64,000 bases of DNA from the human T2T-CHM13v2.0 reference genome, Homo sapiens. Below are positions 1 to 14,651 of this stretch, piece after piece. How positions within the stretch are numbered: the stretch's first letter is position 1; each line of letters opens with the position of its first letter. Both the position numbers and the translations under genes were made by a program. The notes beneath the pieces were generated by a model. That model worked only from the letters and a program-made list of their open reading frames with translations, did no database searches and was not told where the DNA came from. The stretch lies in assembly GCF_009914755.1 (NCBI RefSeq), contig NC_060930.1. One strand, written 5' to 3'.

Positions 1-872
1 TGAACACACGAGTGATCAGTCACAATCAGGCACAGATGGAATTCCCAAGACATGTGCTCCCTGCCGTACTTAACCAGCACAACTTTTGCCCTTGTCCTAG
101 GTATGCTACCATTCAAAATGACTGTATCAAAACTGAAGATGGTTAGAAATGAAATGGAAAGAGTCAAAACAGGCTGCTTCCAAATGAAAGCAACCCAAAG
201 CATGGAAATTATGGGTATGGGAAAAATGCTTTCTTGGTTTATTTGATTAACACTTTGCCACTGAGAAGAATTTTCCTTTGAGGTTTTTTATTCTGTGTAG
301 TTTTTAATGTAATTGGTTTAAGTGATACTTTACTTAAATATATCTTAAATCTGCCACTAACTATAAAATTTTCATGTTCAGTCCAATTGACTTCAAAGTT
401 ATCCAAAATGCTTATTCCCAAGTGACTCCTATCAGTATCCAGCTGTGTTCTTGATGGAGACTGACATCTGAAACCAACAATTAAAGTTACCCAATGCCAG
501 GACTCTTTAAAGACTAAAGGGCTTTACAGTACCTATCACAGCAGCTCATAACCAACTTGTACCATTATTGCTTCTATAAGTGTGCTGGGAGGATTAATTT
601 CTTGAAACTTATTTAGTGTTACAGAAATAGTAATTTGCAGAGCCAAAAGGTCATTCTTTGCCAAATCAGTACATTCAAAGTAGTAAATTTCAATGAAAAA
701 CTAAAAGTATCATTGAATATTTGAATATTTTGTATGTATTCTCTAATCATCCTAGCCTCTTCTCTCATCTATGTGACATCAATTAAGAGTTATTAAATTT
801 AAAACTTGAACCGAAGTAGCATAAAAGCCAATTGTTTTATGAATACTGAGCCCTTAATAACTTTCACTTTGT

Positions 873-873
<1 letters not shown>

Positions 874-903
<30 letters not shown>
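874..903. repeat. (CA)n microsatellite
   Basis: Direct reading. Confidence 0.95.
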
Positions 904-906
<3 letters not shown>

Positions 907-2249
907 AGAAAGAACCACCCCCTCCCTCCCTCAAGAAACACTGCTATTCAGATTAAGGTATATCAGAGCAATTCTGTTGTTCCATGATATAGAACTCTCA
1001 AAAGGTATACAATCATGACTGCCCCAAAACATAGGAGCAGTGGCTTCAGGGAAACATAAGGAAGTATCAACACTATCAAGTTCTAAATTTGAGATTGGAT
1101 TAATTTACTTATGTAACAAACATTCACTTGTTTGTTACAAATATTTTTTTTTGTACCTACTATGTACCAGGTCCTGAGCTAGTGTTAAATGACTATGGGT
1201 TATGGTTTCTGTCAAAAGAATTATTGTTAAAAGTGGGAAGTGGATATTCTTAGCTATGACTGCAACTAGAATCAGCATCTAACTACTTTATCTAACCCTA
1301 CCTCCAGCTCCTTCTACCTCCTACTAATTGGGCAGCCCCCTTTCCAACTCCTCTTTCCCTTGATATGAAACCATAAAGATAAATTACCAGGACCACACAT
1401 AATTGATTAGAGAGATTTGAAGATACTTAATAATGAAATTGGGCAATACAATTGTTGGACATAATATATCATCTCTCATTACAAACAGTTAAGGTGCTGA
1501 GTATCTGGCAGATGTCCAATATGATTCCCAATTACTGAAAAGTTTTTTGAGAGGACTCTCAAAATTGTAATACACTTATGAATCTCACTTCCAAATTATA
1601 AACACAAAAATGACATAAATAGCATATAAAATCGCTGGTAAGGTAAATAAATGTTGAAATACAAACTAATGTGGAGAAAGAAACATCCATTTTTATGCTA
1701 TTGCTTTTGCTTTTTATTTGTTTTAGGAGCTAAATTCTTTCTGTATCAAAGATTATATTTTAGATAATAGAACTGAAGGTTTTCTTTTGACATAGATACT
1801 AACTGATATCTAGCTGGAAAACAGAATAGGATAAATGGCACATTTAAGGTTTGGTATCAAACAGTGTACTGGAATAAAGAATAGACATATAATATTTTGA
1901 ATATCTAAAGGGAGAAGTGTTCAATTAAGTATTTAATCTTTTAGGTGATATTAAGCCACTCTACTTTGTAAGATGCCAAGTAAACATTCGGAAGAATGTT
2001 TTAAGGTGTGTGCATGAACAACTCTATGCAGGTGAATTTCAGGACGTAAATTGAAAGGCAGACTTAGCAGAAAGTACCACAAACAATACTTTGGGATGAT
2101 GCCTTCTAAATTATTGGTTACAACCCTGGAGAAATAGCTATTGTAATGAGATGCTTTCCTGAAGACATTGGCCTAAGTGCTGGTGAAACCATCGCAAAGT
2201 ATTTTGCTACTTCTTGACATTGTCAAGAAATACATTAGAAACATAAGAG

Positions 2250-2390
2250 AAATGGTTGCCATAGCCTTGCTCAGAATTATGGTTCACCCGCATCTAGAAT
2301 GTGATAAGAGTTTTGGTGACCATACTTCATGAAAAATCTTAGGGGATTTGGGAAGATCCAAACAAAAGACAATTGTCTTTAAGGAGTTTT
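2250..2390 (+). mobile_element. L3/CR1 LINE fragment
   Basis: ggttcacccgcatctagaatgtg...tttggtgaccatac... resembles the CR1 RT 3' region. Confidence 0.4.
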
Positions 2391-3379
2391 ATGTGTATTC
2401 ATTTCTTAATTTTATACAACAGTGAAGCTCTTCAGTTTCCTCACAAGAAAGTTCTGGAGGCCTTGTAGTAAAAGTTAATCAAGTAATAAAATCATGAGGA
2501 AGCATTTAAGAATATTACAATGAGGGAACAGTCTTTGCAAGAAAGGAAGATTTTTCAAAGTAAAGACTAACTCATATATAAGAATGGGTTATTAATAAAA
2601 AACTAGAATTTGGGGGTCAAATTAATAGGCAGAGAAGGCTGTTCTGTTTATTAGGCCATCTCAAATCTCAGGTTATATAGCAATTTTAAAAACGAGGAAA
2701 TTCACAGATACTCATTTTCAAAATGGTGTGCAATCCTTCAGAATATAAAATTCTCGTAAGTACTAAGTTGAATGATCCCTTATGAGTTTTAACTTGAAAA
2801 TTTACTTATATGTTACCACTACTTTAACAGATAAGCTGATGACATTAAAATAATAGTTTTGACATTGAATGATTTAAGAGATCTAAGTGAAATATGGATT
2901 GAAAAAATAGAGACACAAAATATTATCTTTTTTGTTTGATCAAGAAAGGCACCAAGGTACAATCTGTAGACTTCATAACAAGTAGTAAAGTTAAACTAGG
3001 AATTAATCTAACTAGTTACTCATGGTGTACAGACCAATGATAGCTATGAAAAGCTAACTCTTTCATATAAGCGTACACTTCAAAGTTACAATGAAATGAA
3101 AAAGAAACTGGAGCAAGTTTTTATTTGTTTTGAAATACAACCCTCAATGAGGCATTGTTTGCACATTGAACTAAATGTATAAACAGTGCTGTTGTGGGTT
3201 TAATTTGTGAAATGTGTGTGAGCCTTGATGAGCTGTGATGTTTGCTATTTGGAAATAGAAAACTACTTTTAATTTTACATACTCATCTCAGAATTGACCC
3301 AAACATATAGCCTGTGTAAGAGTAAATGAGACCCAGATTAAGATGGCATTAAAAAGCTTATAGTAAGGAGAAACAAAGC

Positions 3380-3850
3380 ACAGTTTATTGCAGAATTGGA
3401 AACTACTGGTTTTAGCAACTGACTGGATGAACAGGGCCAAGGAATAAATGCACTTATTTCTACTTTTAGTGACTGGCACCCATTAACAGATAAAGGAACT
3501 TAGGGAGAGGAGTATCTTGTCTTGGGGAGGGTGGAGACAGACAACCATTTCTGTTTTTGTTATATTGAATTGTACATCTTCCTAGGCATAAATACTCTTC
3601 ATGATTTCAGGCCAGGTCCAAATGATACCTCCTACATTCCTTCAGCTGGAAGCAAATTCTCTCTGCTCTGAACTAAAATAGCATGTTTGTCAATGTTTCT
3701 CTTTAGGAGCTCAACACTTTCTCCCCAATGTAATGACAATTTTTAAATGTTCAATTTTCTGCTCTAGACCAAAAGTTTCTGGAAGACAGGGACTATGCGT
3801 GGTTCATCTTTGTACTTCCTTATTTCAAATAAGCATCCTTGAATGCTAAG
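3380..3850. mobile_element. L2 fragments
   Basis: Degenerate L2-like motifs (ctggaagacagggactatgc...ttcatctttgtac). Confidence 0.45.
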
Positions 3851-4329
3851 AGCAGAATGCTAAGGAGTATCCACCTTTAAATGGCCAGAGAGGATTTAAG
3901 TGAAAAGACAAAGAAAGAATGGTCAGGACGCTGGAGTTGACTGAGGCCAGAGCAGACCCACAGAAGCCAAAGGAGAAGAAAATTCCAGCATGAGGCTTGT
4001 CAGCAAAGAACTGGTCCTCAAGTAGGAGAACTGAGAAAATGATTTGCCAGGGAAAGAAGAGAGAAATTTGATATCCTGAAACCCAGGATGGAAACTAGGA
4101 AATAAATGCATTGCCACCAGGTCCTCAAGTTCCTCTGGATTGGTGTCCCGGGTGGCTTCCATCCTCACAGTTAAAAACAACTTTTTGGCAATAGGGCCAA
4201 TTTTGGGGAAAAAAGTATTAGATGTTTATGGGTTTCTTTTTTTATAAATTCAAAATTAAAATAGCTTCCTTGACTCTCATGGGGACAAATAATCTATTTT
4301 TGTAATTTAGACTGCCTGCTGATTTGTTT

Positions 4330-4800
4330 TTGTTTTGCTTTTCCTTTTCTCTCAGAGGTTTTATTCCAAGATATGTTAGTTCCAAATAGTCCAAATTCAC
4401 TTGATAGCCCAGATGAGGGAGATTATAAATGTGAAAATTCTCAAGGGATGCTCCTAGTGTAGGTAGATAAAGTAGCCATAGGTGTCAGTTGCTGTTAGTC
4501 CATTGTCTCTACCCTGGGTGGTGGTGCATGGGCTTTGCTGTGCATTATGGGTGCACTGCATGGGTGGTATGCACCATCATGGGTGGTACGATGGTGGCAG
4601 ATGTTGACACTCCATGAGCAGACAGAGCATGGCAATACAGGGACTCAAGGCAGGGAGTTTTCATATTTGGAGTGCCTGGAGTCAGATGGTGGATCTGGCA
4701 TTTGCAGAGGAGTTTTGCATTTCTTCTGTTCTTGTAGACAGAGGGAGGAAGAGGTCTGTAAGGGACTTGTAAACTTATTCTTAGGTGTGCGGCAACTACA
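4330..4800 (-). mobile_element. Probable old solo LTR (family not identified)
   Basis: On the minus strand it begins TGTAGTTG at 4800, with AATAAA near 4360; composition differs from the flanks. Confidence 0.35.
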
Positions 4801-5365
4801 GGGTATATAATCAGAGGAAATTTTAAGCTTTAAAAGTAGGTGTAGAAGGTGAGGCTTTGGAAACCAGGAAACCGCTACTCCAGATGCCAGCAAGTGGAGC
4901 CCTCTAGGGCAGGAGCTCAGACTGGCCCAGTGGCAACACAGTCCCCCTTGGGAAGACTGTCCCCATTCTCTCACTCTTGGATACCTGGGTAGACCACTGC
5001 TTATCTGAACATTAATGAGAAAGAAAAATGCTACACCAGTATAACCACTCTAATACTCAGATGAGGCAGAACTGAGGAGCAATAAAACAATGGCCTCCCT
5101 AAAGTTTCATCTCACATGTGTATATATCACTTTAGAAATTAAAAAGTCTCATTTCATCTTGAAATAGCAGCTTTAGGGATCATCTTCTCATTTCAGATGG
5201 GTAACTATGGCTCACTTTAAGTTAAATCACATTAGCAAGACACTGCAGCTAGGATGAGTTCACTTGGTTCAACACAATAATAATGAGTGCTTATTATGTC
5301 CCCAGCCCTAGGCGAGGCACTGTAAATAGAGAGAGGAATTAAAGGCAGCCAACCCTAATCCTTCC

Positions 5366-7985
<2,620 letters not shown>

Positions 7986-8439
7986 CTTTCCTTTCTGCCT
8001 TTTTCTAATCCAGTTATCTCTCTTTTGTGCATGTAAAGCTTTCTGTCTCAGTGGATTATGCTCAAGCTCCCCTCTGGGCCACACACCCCAATCTTTCCAT
8101 TTTCTCTTTTGAACTTATAAACTGCTTTGGAGATTATATTATGAAGCTAAAATTGCTTATCACAGATCTCAAATTATAGGACACAAGCAGACCACTTCAT
8201 CTCTGCTAATGTGTAATAGTACAAAACAAAACATGGAATTGTAGAATACAAAAGAGAGACAATAAGCTTAGAGGTATAGCAAATTGCCCAAAGGGCTACA
8301 TGAGTTGGCAGTCTCTCAAAACAAATGAAATACCAGAGAAGGTTTCTCATCACACTAAATGTTTGCTGCCGTATTGGCATAGGGTTATAAACTGGAGTAT
8401 TTAGACATCCTTCACTTAAGCAACTATTTTATTTTTCTT

Positions 8440-8579
8440 AAAGAAGGACCAGCAAGAAGGTCCTCACCAGATGCTGGCCCTTGATTTTGTATTTCTCAGC
8501 CCTTGTAATAAATAAATTACTTTATAAATTACCGAGTTTCAAGTATACTTTTATAAGCAACAGAAAATGGACTAAGACA
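8440..8579 (+). mobile_element. MST LTR 3' fragment
   Basis: cctcaccagatgctggcc...ataaataaatt...aaatggactaagaca. Confidence 0.7.
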
Positions 8580-8799
8580 GGTGGAGAGGATGGGGAGTAT
8601 GTTCAGCTTGAGATGCTACCTTGACCCTTTGGTAAAGATAACCAGGATTCTGGGAAGGACATTCATGTTCTTAAGTCACCTATTTAGAGGTGAAAGAAGA
8701 GATTATAGGATGAATCAAAGGAGAGAGCATTGTGAAGAAAGAGAAAAGAACCTGCATCTAGGTCCATTTTTGAGTGTCATTAAGAAAAAAGAGGATAAG

Positions 8800-8987
8800 G
8801 GCATTGGCTCATGCCTGTAATCCCAGCACTTTGGGAGGCCAAGATGGGAGGATTGATTGAGAGCAGCAGTTTGAGACCAGCCTGGGCAGCATAGTGGAAC
8901 CCTGCCTCAGCAAAAAAAAAAAAAAGAAAAAAACAAAAACAGGTGTGGTGGCATGTGCCTGTAATCCCAGCTACTCAGGAGGCTGAG
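8800..8987 (+). mobile_element. Truncated AluJ-like element
   Basis: Left arm, A-rich linker and start of the right arm. Confidence 0.85.
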
Positions 8988-9519
8988 TCCAAGTTAGGAA
9001 CACTGATAAATTGCAACGATCTACTTGTACTGAATATTTCTGAATAAGGATATTATAATATCAATGAAAAGTATAATGAAAGCTTTTCAATGTGTCTTCT
9101 TTCCACCACATTTAATAGTACACTTGGAAACAATTTCTTCAATGGTTTTCTATTTTAAGCATATATTCTCAGCAGCCCCAACACACCTTAAAATGACTTT
9201 TCCTATTCACCTGATTCCTTTATTCCACCACTTTCTCAAAAAAACTGATCAGCCAGTTAACAGAAGACTGCTGTCAATAATACCAAATGCTTCCTGGACA
9301 TAAAAGAGGCTGAAGATTCAGGAATGACTAATAGGAGACCATTGATGATAGCTTAAAGACAGCAGTCTCAGTAAAGGAATAGGAGCAGAAGTAATATTTC
9401 TAGGATTAAGAAGAGTCACAAAGTGGATGCACTGAGGGCTGGTCACTTTTTTTGAGAAAGTGGAATAAAGGAATCAGGTGACTATATGCTAATGAATTCA
9501 AAGGAACAAGAAAGTAATA

Positions 9520-10200
9520 TTGTTCATATTTTGACTATTATTAATATTTTAAAATGTTCATTCAAAGTACTTGGGAGATTGATTAGTATGCCAAGAAAAA
9601 TATTGTGTGAAGTGAAAATAGAAAAAGAAATTACATGTAAGTTGTTAGAATATGAAAATAGCATATGTTGGTAGGAATTCAAAGTGAGGCAAAAATATAA
9701 TGCAACCGAAGAAAAGAAATTCGGACTCATTCTAATATGTTAATGAGACCACACCTGGAACAATGCATTCAATGTGGGATACCTCTAACAAAAATGAACA
9801 TCTAGGAAATTGGAAATAGTTCAGAGACAAGCAATAAGAATGATTATGGGTTTGTAAAGACTGAACTGCCACAAGATTAAAAGGCCTTCTATTTGTTTAA
9901 CGTGGCTAACATGACTTAAAAGTGAGCATGATATCTGTTTATAAACATCTGAGGGCTGAGTGTAAGCATGGAAGAAGGAGTAGAGTTGCCTAATATGCTA
10001 CTAAAATGATTCAACTGGAGAGAATTTTCAAGAGAAAATCTAAAAGTAAATATAATGAAGCTGTCTCCCAGAAAATGTGCATTTCCTTTCTTTCAGAGGC
10101 CCTGCCAAGAATGAGGAAATTTAGCAGGTCCCCTGAAGATTTGATTTCTTCACTTTCACAAACTAGTAGAAACCTTTTTAAGCTTGATCTGTCTGCACAA
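9520..10200 (+). mobile_element. L3/CR1 LINE fragment
   Basis: gagaccacacctggaacaatgcattcaatgtggg...gttcagagacaagcaataagaatgatt resembles the CR1 ORF2 3' end. Confidence 0.6.
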
Positions 10201-11439
10201 AATTACTCAGAAAGTGTGTTTATTTATAGATTTTAGAAAACCGGCAGCATAGGACTCTAGATTCTTGGGCAATCATATTTTATCTTCATTTATTCCTGTG
10301 GTCTGTCATCAGCAGAGAGGTAGATTAAAAGACTGTTCAACCTTGTTCACATTAAGGTTGGTCTTTAAAACTCCATACTTCCAAAGCTCAAATAGTTTGG
10401 CTTAGAATTTACTAAGAAACAACTGAATTATTGTATTTTTGAAAAATTGTGTATATTTCCAGCTAGAGTTCATAGATATACCAAAAGTTGCTCAAGAGAT
10501 TTACTTTGGGATTATTTCTACAAGCATCCAGTTCTCTGCATTCTTTTTCAATAAATGTAGTGTCTTATAGCATTTTTTAGCCTAAAATCTGTTCTTACTA
10601 AAGTGAGGGCCTGGTTTTTCCCTTAAGGTTGCTTTTAAATGAAATTAAAACAAAAATTATGTTTTGGATTATGAGCTCCTAGAGCGCTTTGTTTAATTTG
10701 ACTTATACAAAATCTAATGCCAAGACAGTGCCATGCACGTTTGAAAAATAAACAAATAGTAAATGGTAACTGCAGAGGCATCCCATTCCAGAGGAGTTGG
10801 TTAAGGGAATTGCTAATAAGTGAATCTTATATTTCCACTGATTTACCCTATAAAGTCTTATATTTTTTATCTCCCCACTCCTCCCAAAACACATCCCTTT
10901 TCAGACTGAGTTGAACATGTACAAATATTCTGAGAGCCTGACTCATGTCATGCAGGGCCCACTGGTGTTTTTGAATCACTTCAAGAATCTGGCAGCAGGT
11001 CTCTGACTTCAATTTCCCCCATGTGTCTTTCTAGGCCCTTTGCGTTTCTCCCACTGTTCTACTTTCCCTCTCTTCTTCATTGTCTGTACTGTATTGCACT
11101 ACTGGGCTAATAGATGCTAGGGAAGGGTAATGAGTAACCGGTACAATATTTCAGGAAAGTGATTTGCTTTTTAATTGTGCATTTATGAATTGTTTGCATT
11201 TTACCACAAATAAGATAGTAAGTAAAACAATAAATAATACATGAATTTTAAAAAGACGCCTCAACTTCAGAGACTTCAAGTATATTTTAGACAAGAAAAG
11301 CAATAATTAAATAAGCACAGAATTTAAAAAGTAATACCTCAAAGTAAATTGGACACAACATTTTGTTCCGGTTATGAAAAGGGGAGGCTTGAAAATATCT
11401 CTTGGTGAGCCTGAGGGACATATGGAATGTAATTCTTTA

Positions 11440-11705
11440 AACCAATGTTTCTCAAACTGTATGTGAGATAATTTTAGGTGGTACATGAGAAATAACTTTT
11501 ATTTCTACAATATAGGTTCCTTTGCAAGATCATCTTCTATTCATGGCGGGTTTTATTAGTTTTCCATTTATGGTGACTATAAAAAATGTCCTTTATCAGA
11601 TAAACTTATTTAATAAAAATAGATTATTTAAAGATACATATTAAGTCAATAATATAGGTGATATGGCTATAATTATAAAAGTGATATTCAATGTAAATGC
11701 TGGAA
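11440..11705. mobile_element. hAT-Charlie-like DNA transposon remnant (related remnant at ~19890-20140)
   Basis: Terminus-like caatgtttctcaaactg; shares ttttaggtggtac with 19911. Confidence 0.4.
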
Positions 11706-12364
11706 ATAAGGCCTCATTTAAGCAAACAATACATTTTTGCCTTTATAACCCTAAAATTCTGTTTCCTATGTTAAACTTATTTCAAATGTGTACTGAAAAT
11801 TGACGTTTTATCTGACACCTAGTGGTGTCCATGTTAATATATGTATATTTAAGACAAGTATTAGAAGGTAGTAATATGAAGTCAAATAACTAATATATTA
11901 TCCTGGATTTTAAAAATAATTTCTGTACATGTATTCTTATCTAGATGTACAAAAAACTATGCAGGAGCAAAGTGACCTTGAAAGCAAGGTCAGTGTAACT
12001 GAAAAATCTGACTTTAGAAGGGTACAAAGAAACATGCTAAGAAAACCCACCCTATATTTATGTTAACAATATGCTGAAGTATGAATTTTTATTTTATTCA
12101 AATCATACATCTCCCACCTTTATTTGTAGGTGAAACTAGCACATAATGTTTTATGCCAAAATGAAATTCAAAATGTTGTTGCCTTTTGAGGACAGTATTA
12201 AATTCATCATTGTACTTAATCCTTACATGATATTTGCTATAGCCACAGAACATTCTTAGACACTATGATTCACAAAACATTTAAATTGCATATTTGGCTT
12301 GTAATATATTACATATTTAAAAGAATTACTATTTTTCTGAATACCATTAATACTAATAATAGCA

Positions 12365-12485
12365 TCACAGTGACTAAGAGTGGACTTAATTTAAGGCTGG
12401 CTTGAAACTCAGGTCTGCCATTTATTAGCAAGCTTCTAAAAATTCTGAGCCCTTAGTTTTCTCACATGTGAAATGGAGAAAATAA
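12365..12485 (+). mobile_element. MIR
   Basis: Core-like cttagttttctcacatgtgaaatggag. Confidence 0.6.
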
Positions 12486-13034
12486 ATCTGCAAAATTAAT
12501 TAAATCTGTCCATTCATATTTTTCTCTCCAGTGTATATTAACTGGCATTCCTCGTTAGGCCAGAATGTGCTCTCAACCATGCTCCAAATCCGCTTTGTGC
12601 CAACCCCACTGCCAGAACCCTTTCTACCTTGAGAACCAGAAAAGGAAACATTATGCCTGGCAATGCCTACACCCTCCAAAATAAATCTGCAGGAAAGAAC
12701 ACCCAGTAAGTGATGAGAGCAGCAACGACTGCCTTTATCATTTTAAATTTACAACACCACCTTTTCTAGAGCCTCTTAAGCATTGTAGATAATTCCCCAC
12801 TCATTAAAAAATAAATTGTAACCATAAGTATTCAGGGTTGATACTGCTTTTGAATTAGACAGTGCTCATATCAGTTGCATAAGACCAACCTAAAGTAGAG
12901 GATGAAATCTTTTTTCTGAACCTTTTTCAGAACGTAACTTAGTGAATATATTAAAACTAAACTTTCTTTGAATGGGAGTAATTTCTACGGATTAATCTGT
13001 AATCTCTTAGACCACACCTAAGGTAATGTAGAGG

Positions 13035-13240
13035 TTGTTGTATCATAGGCTTTGTGATTAGAGACCACTGGATTTGTCTTTGGAAAAGTCACTCATGATT
13101 CTTTGGGCTTTGGTTTCCTCATCTTTTATACCGGCTTAATAATGACCACCGTAGAGTTGTCATGGAAGTTAAATGAACTCATGTACCATAAGTGACCAAT
13201 ACAATGATTGACACTCAGTGATTTATCAATAAATTAAAAC
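13035..13240 (+). mobile_element. MIR
   Basis: ggctttggtttcctcatctt...gttgtcatggaagttaaatga. Confidence 0.6.
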
Positions 13241-13385
13241 ATTTATTATCAATATGACAGAGAAGGTGCCGCTAAAATAGACAATAGGTTTTTGGAAGAG
13301 GTGATTAAATGGATGCAAAATTTATGGATTGTTTATTCCGTCTACCTTTGCTGTGTCCCCTGGTTGTGGCATACACACGTGTGGG

Positions 13386-13492
13386 TATAAAATCGTAAAT
13401 CCTATGTAGGCGCGTAGTGCATGCGCAGAAGGCTTAGACACGAAATGTCATTTCAGCAATGTGCCTAGAGAAGCTCTGACGCCGCCTTGGAA
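13386..13492 (+). promoter_or_regulatory. TATA box and candidate upstream alternative first exon (~13416-13492)
   Basis: TATAAAA at 13386-13392, E-box just upstream, NRF1-like TGCATGCGCA at ~13418, donor GAA|GTAAGT at 13493. Confidence 0.6.
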
Positions 13493-14258
13493 GTAAGTCG
13501 TTGCTGCCTGACCTTTGGGCGTCTGGGACGGATGCCTATACCTGCACCCAGCAGCACTGGAAGGGGCCCAGGCCCTTCGCAGCACAGCCTATCCCCAGAC
13601 CGCTTAGTCCTTCATAACATATATCTCCACGGAAAAGGGTATTTCCTCCCGTCAGAAAAAGCGCCCCAGTCTGGTCTGGGTTGGTTTTTATTTCACGTTG
13701 TTGCAAGTAGGCGAAGTCCCTTCTGTCTCCTCCCTTGGGGTAAGTGGAAAGGAGTCCGGCAGGGGGCCCGCAGTGGCCTGCACAGGGGAACTGGGTAGCG
13801 AGAGAGTTCCAGGCAATTCCGGGGGCTGCCCCACAGAAGCAGGTGGGGATCGACAGTGGCTCTCCGGCCCAGGGAGGAGAGCGCGGTCGCGGGTCCCTCC
13901 CCTCAGCCTGGAGGCTGCAGCCGCTCGAGTCGGCCCGGGTGGGGGCGGGGTGGGGGCGGCGCGGAGGGCACGGAGATTACGGCGGCGCCACCCGGGACAT
14001 CCAGGGCCCCGAGGCCCTGGGCGGTCCCCACGCGAGATCGCAAACCATGACAATAGGCAGTCACCCGAGGTCAAATAAAAACGGAGTGGGTCCCCCGCGC
14101 GCCGCCGCCCCCCGCGTCCCTGGCGGCCTCCCCCGAGGCCCCCGGCGGCCTCACGAGCCCGCAGTAGCCGGTGGCGACGTCGCCCCCGCCCCACCTCCCT
14201 GCGCAAGTGCGAGGCTGCCCGCAGCGCGGCGCACGCTCCGGCCGTTCCCGGCTTCCGC

Positions 14259-14651
14259 GCAAAACTTCCATCCTGTCCACGTGAAGTTGTCGCTGCCTTA
14301 GAGAGGGGGAAAGAGCTGCGGGAAAAGCCGGGGAGTGACGACTGCGGCGGCTGGGCGCGCTCTCTCATTTTCTTTTCTTCTCCTTTCCCCCCTGTCGCAG
14401 TCCGGAGTTTTGGCTCCTCTCCTTTCCTCCTCCCCCTCGGAGCCGGCTTCTCCCTCCGCCCCGCTTCTCCCCCGCTTGTGTACGCTATTTGTTGTGGGGT
14501 GGCCGAAGGGGATGTCCTGTTTTCACCAGAGGCACAGCGCGAAGGGGAAACTTCGACACTGGAAGGAACGAGAATAAATACTTAATTACGGACGCACTGA
14601 ACCGCGGCTGGGACAGACACTTCGGGAACCCGAGGCGGACCGGGCGACGAG
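14259..14651 (+). other. EYA4: EYA4 non-coding exon 1 (5' start approximate)
   Basis: Lies in the CpG island and ends at a near-consensus donor GAG|GTGAGT (14652-14657). The 5' end is estimated from recalled mRNA UTR length and cannot be fixed from sequence alone. Confidence 0.8.
14512..14577 (+). other. uORF in exon 1, 21 aa (MSCFHQRHSAKGKLRHWKERE)
   Basis: Only ATG seen in the exon1+exon2 5'UTR; context GGGGATGT (purine at -3); TAA at 14575-14577. Confidence 0.65.

Noticed and set aside
13271-13280. MEF2 site gctaaaatag
   Set aside because: One base short of CTA(A/T)4TAG.
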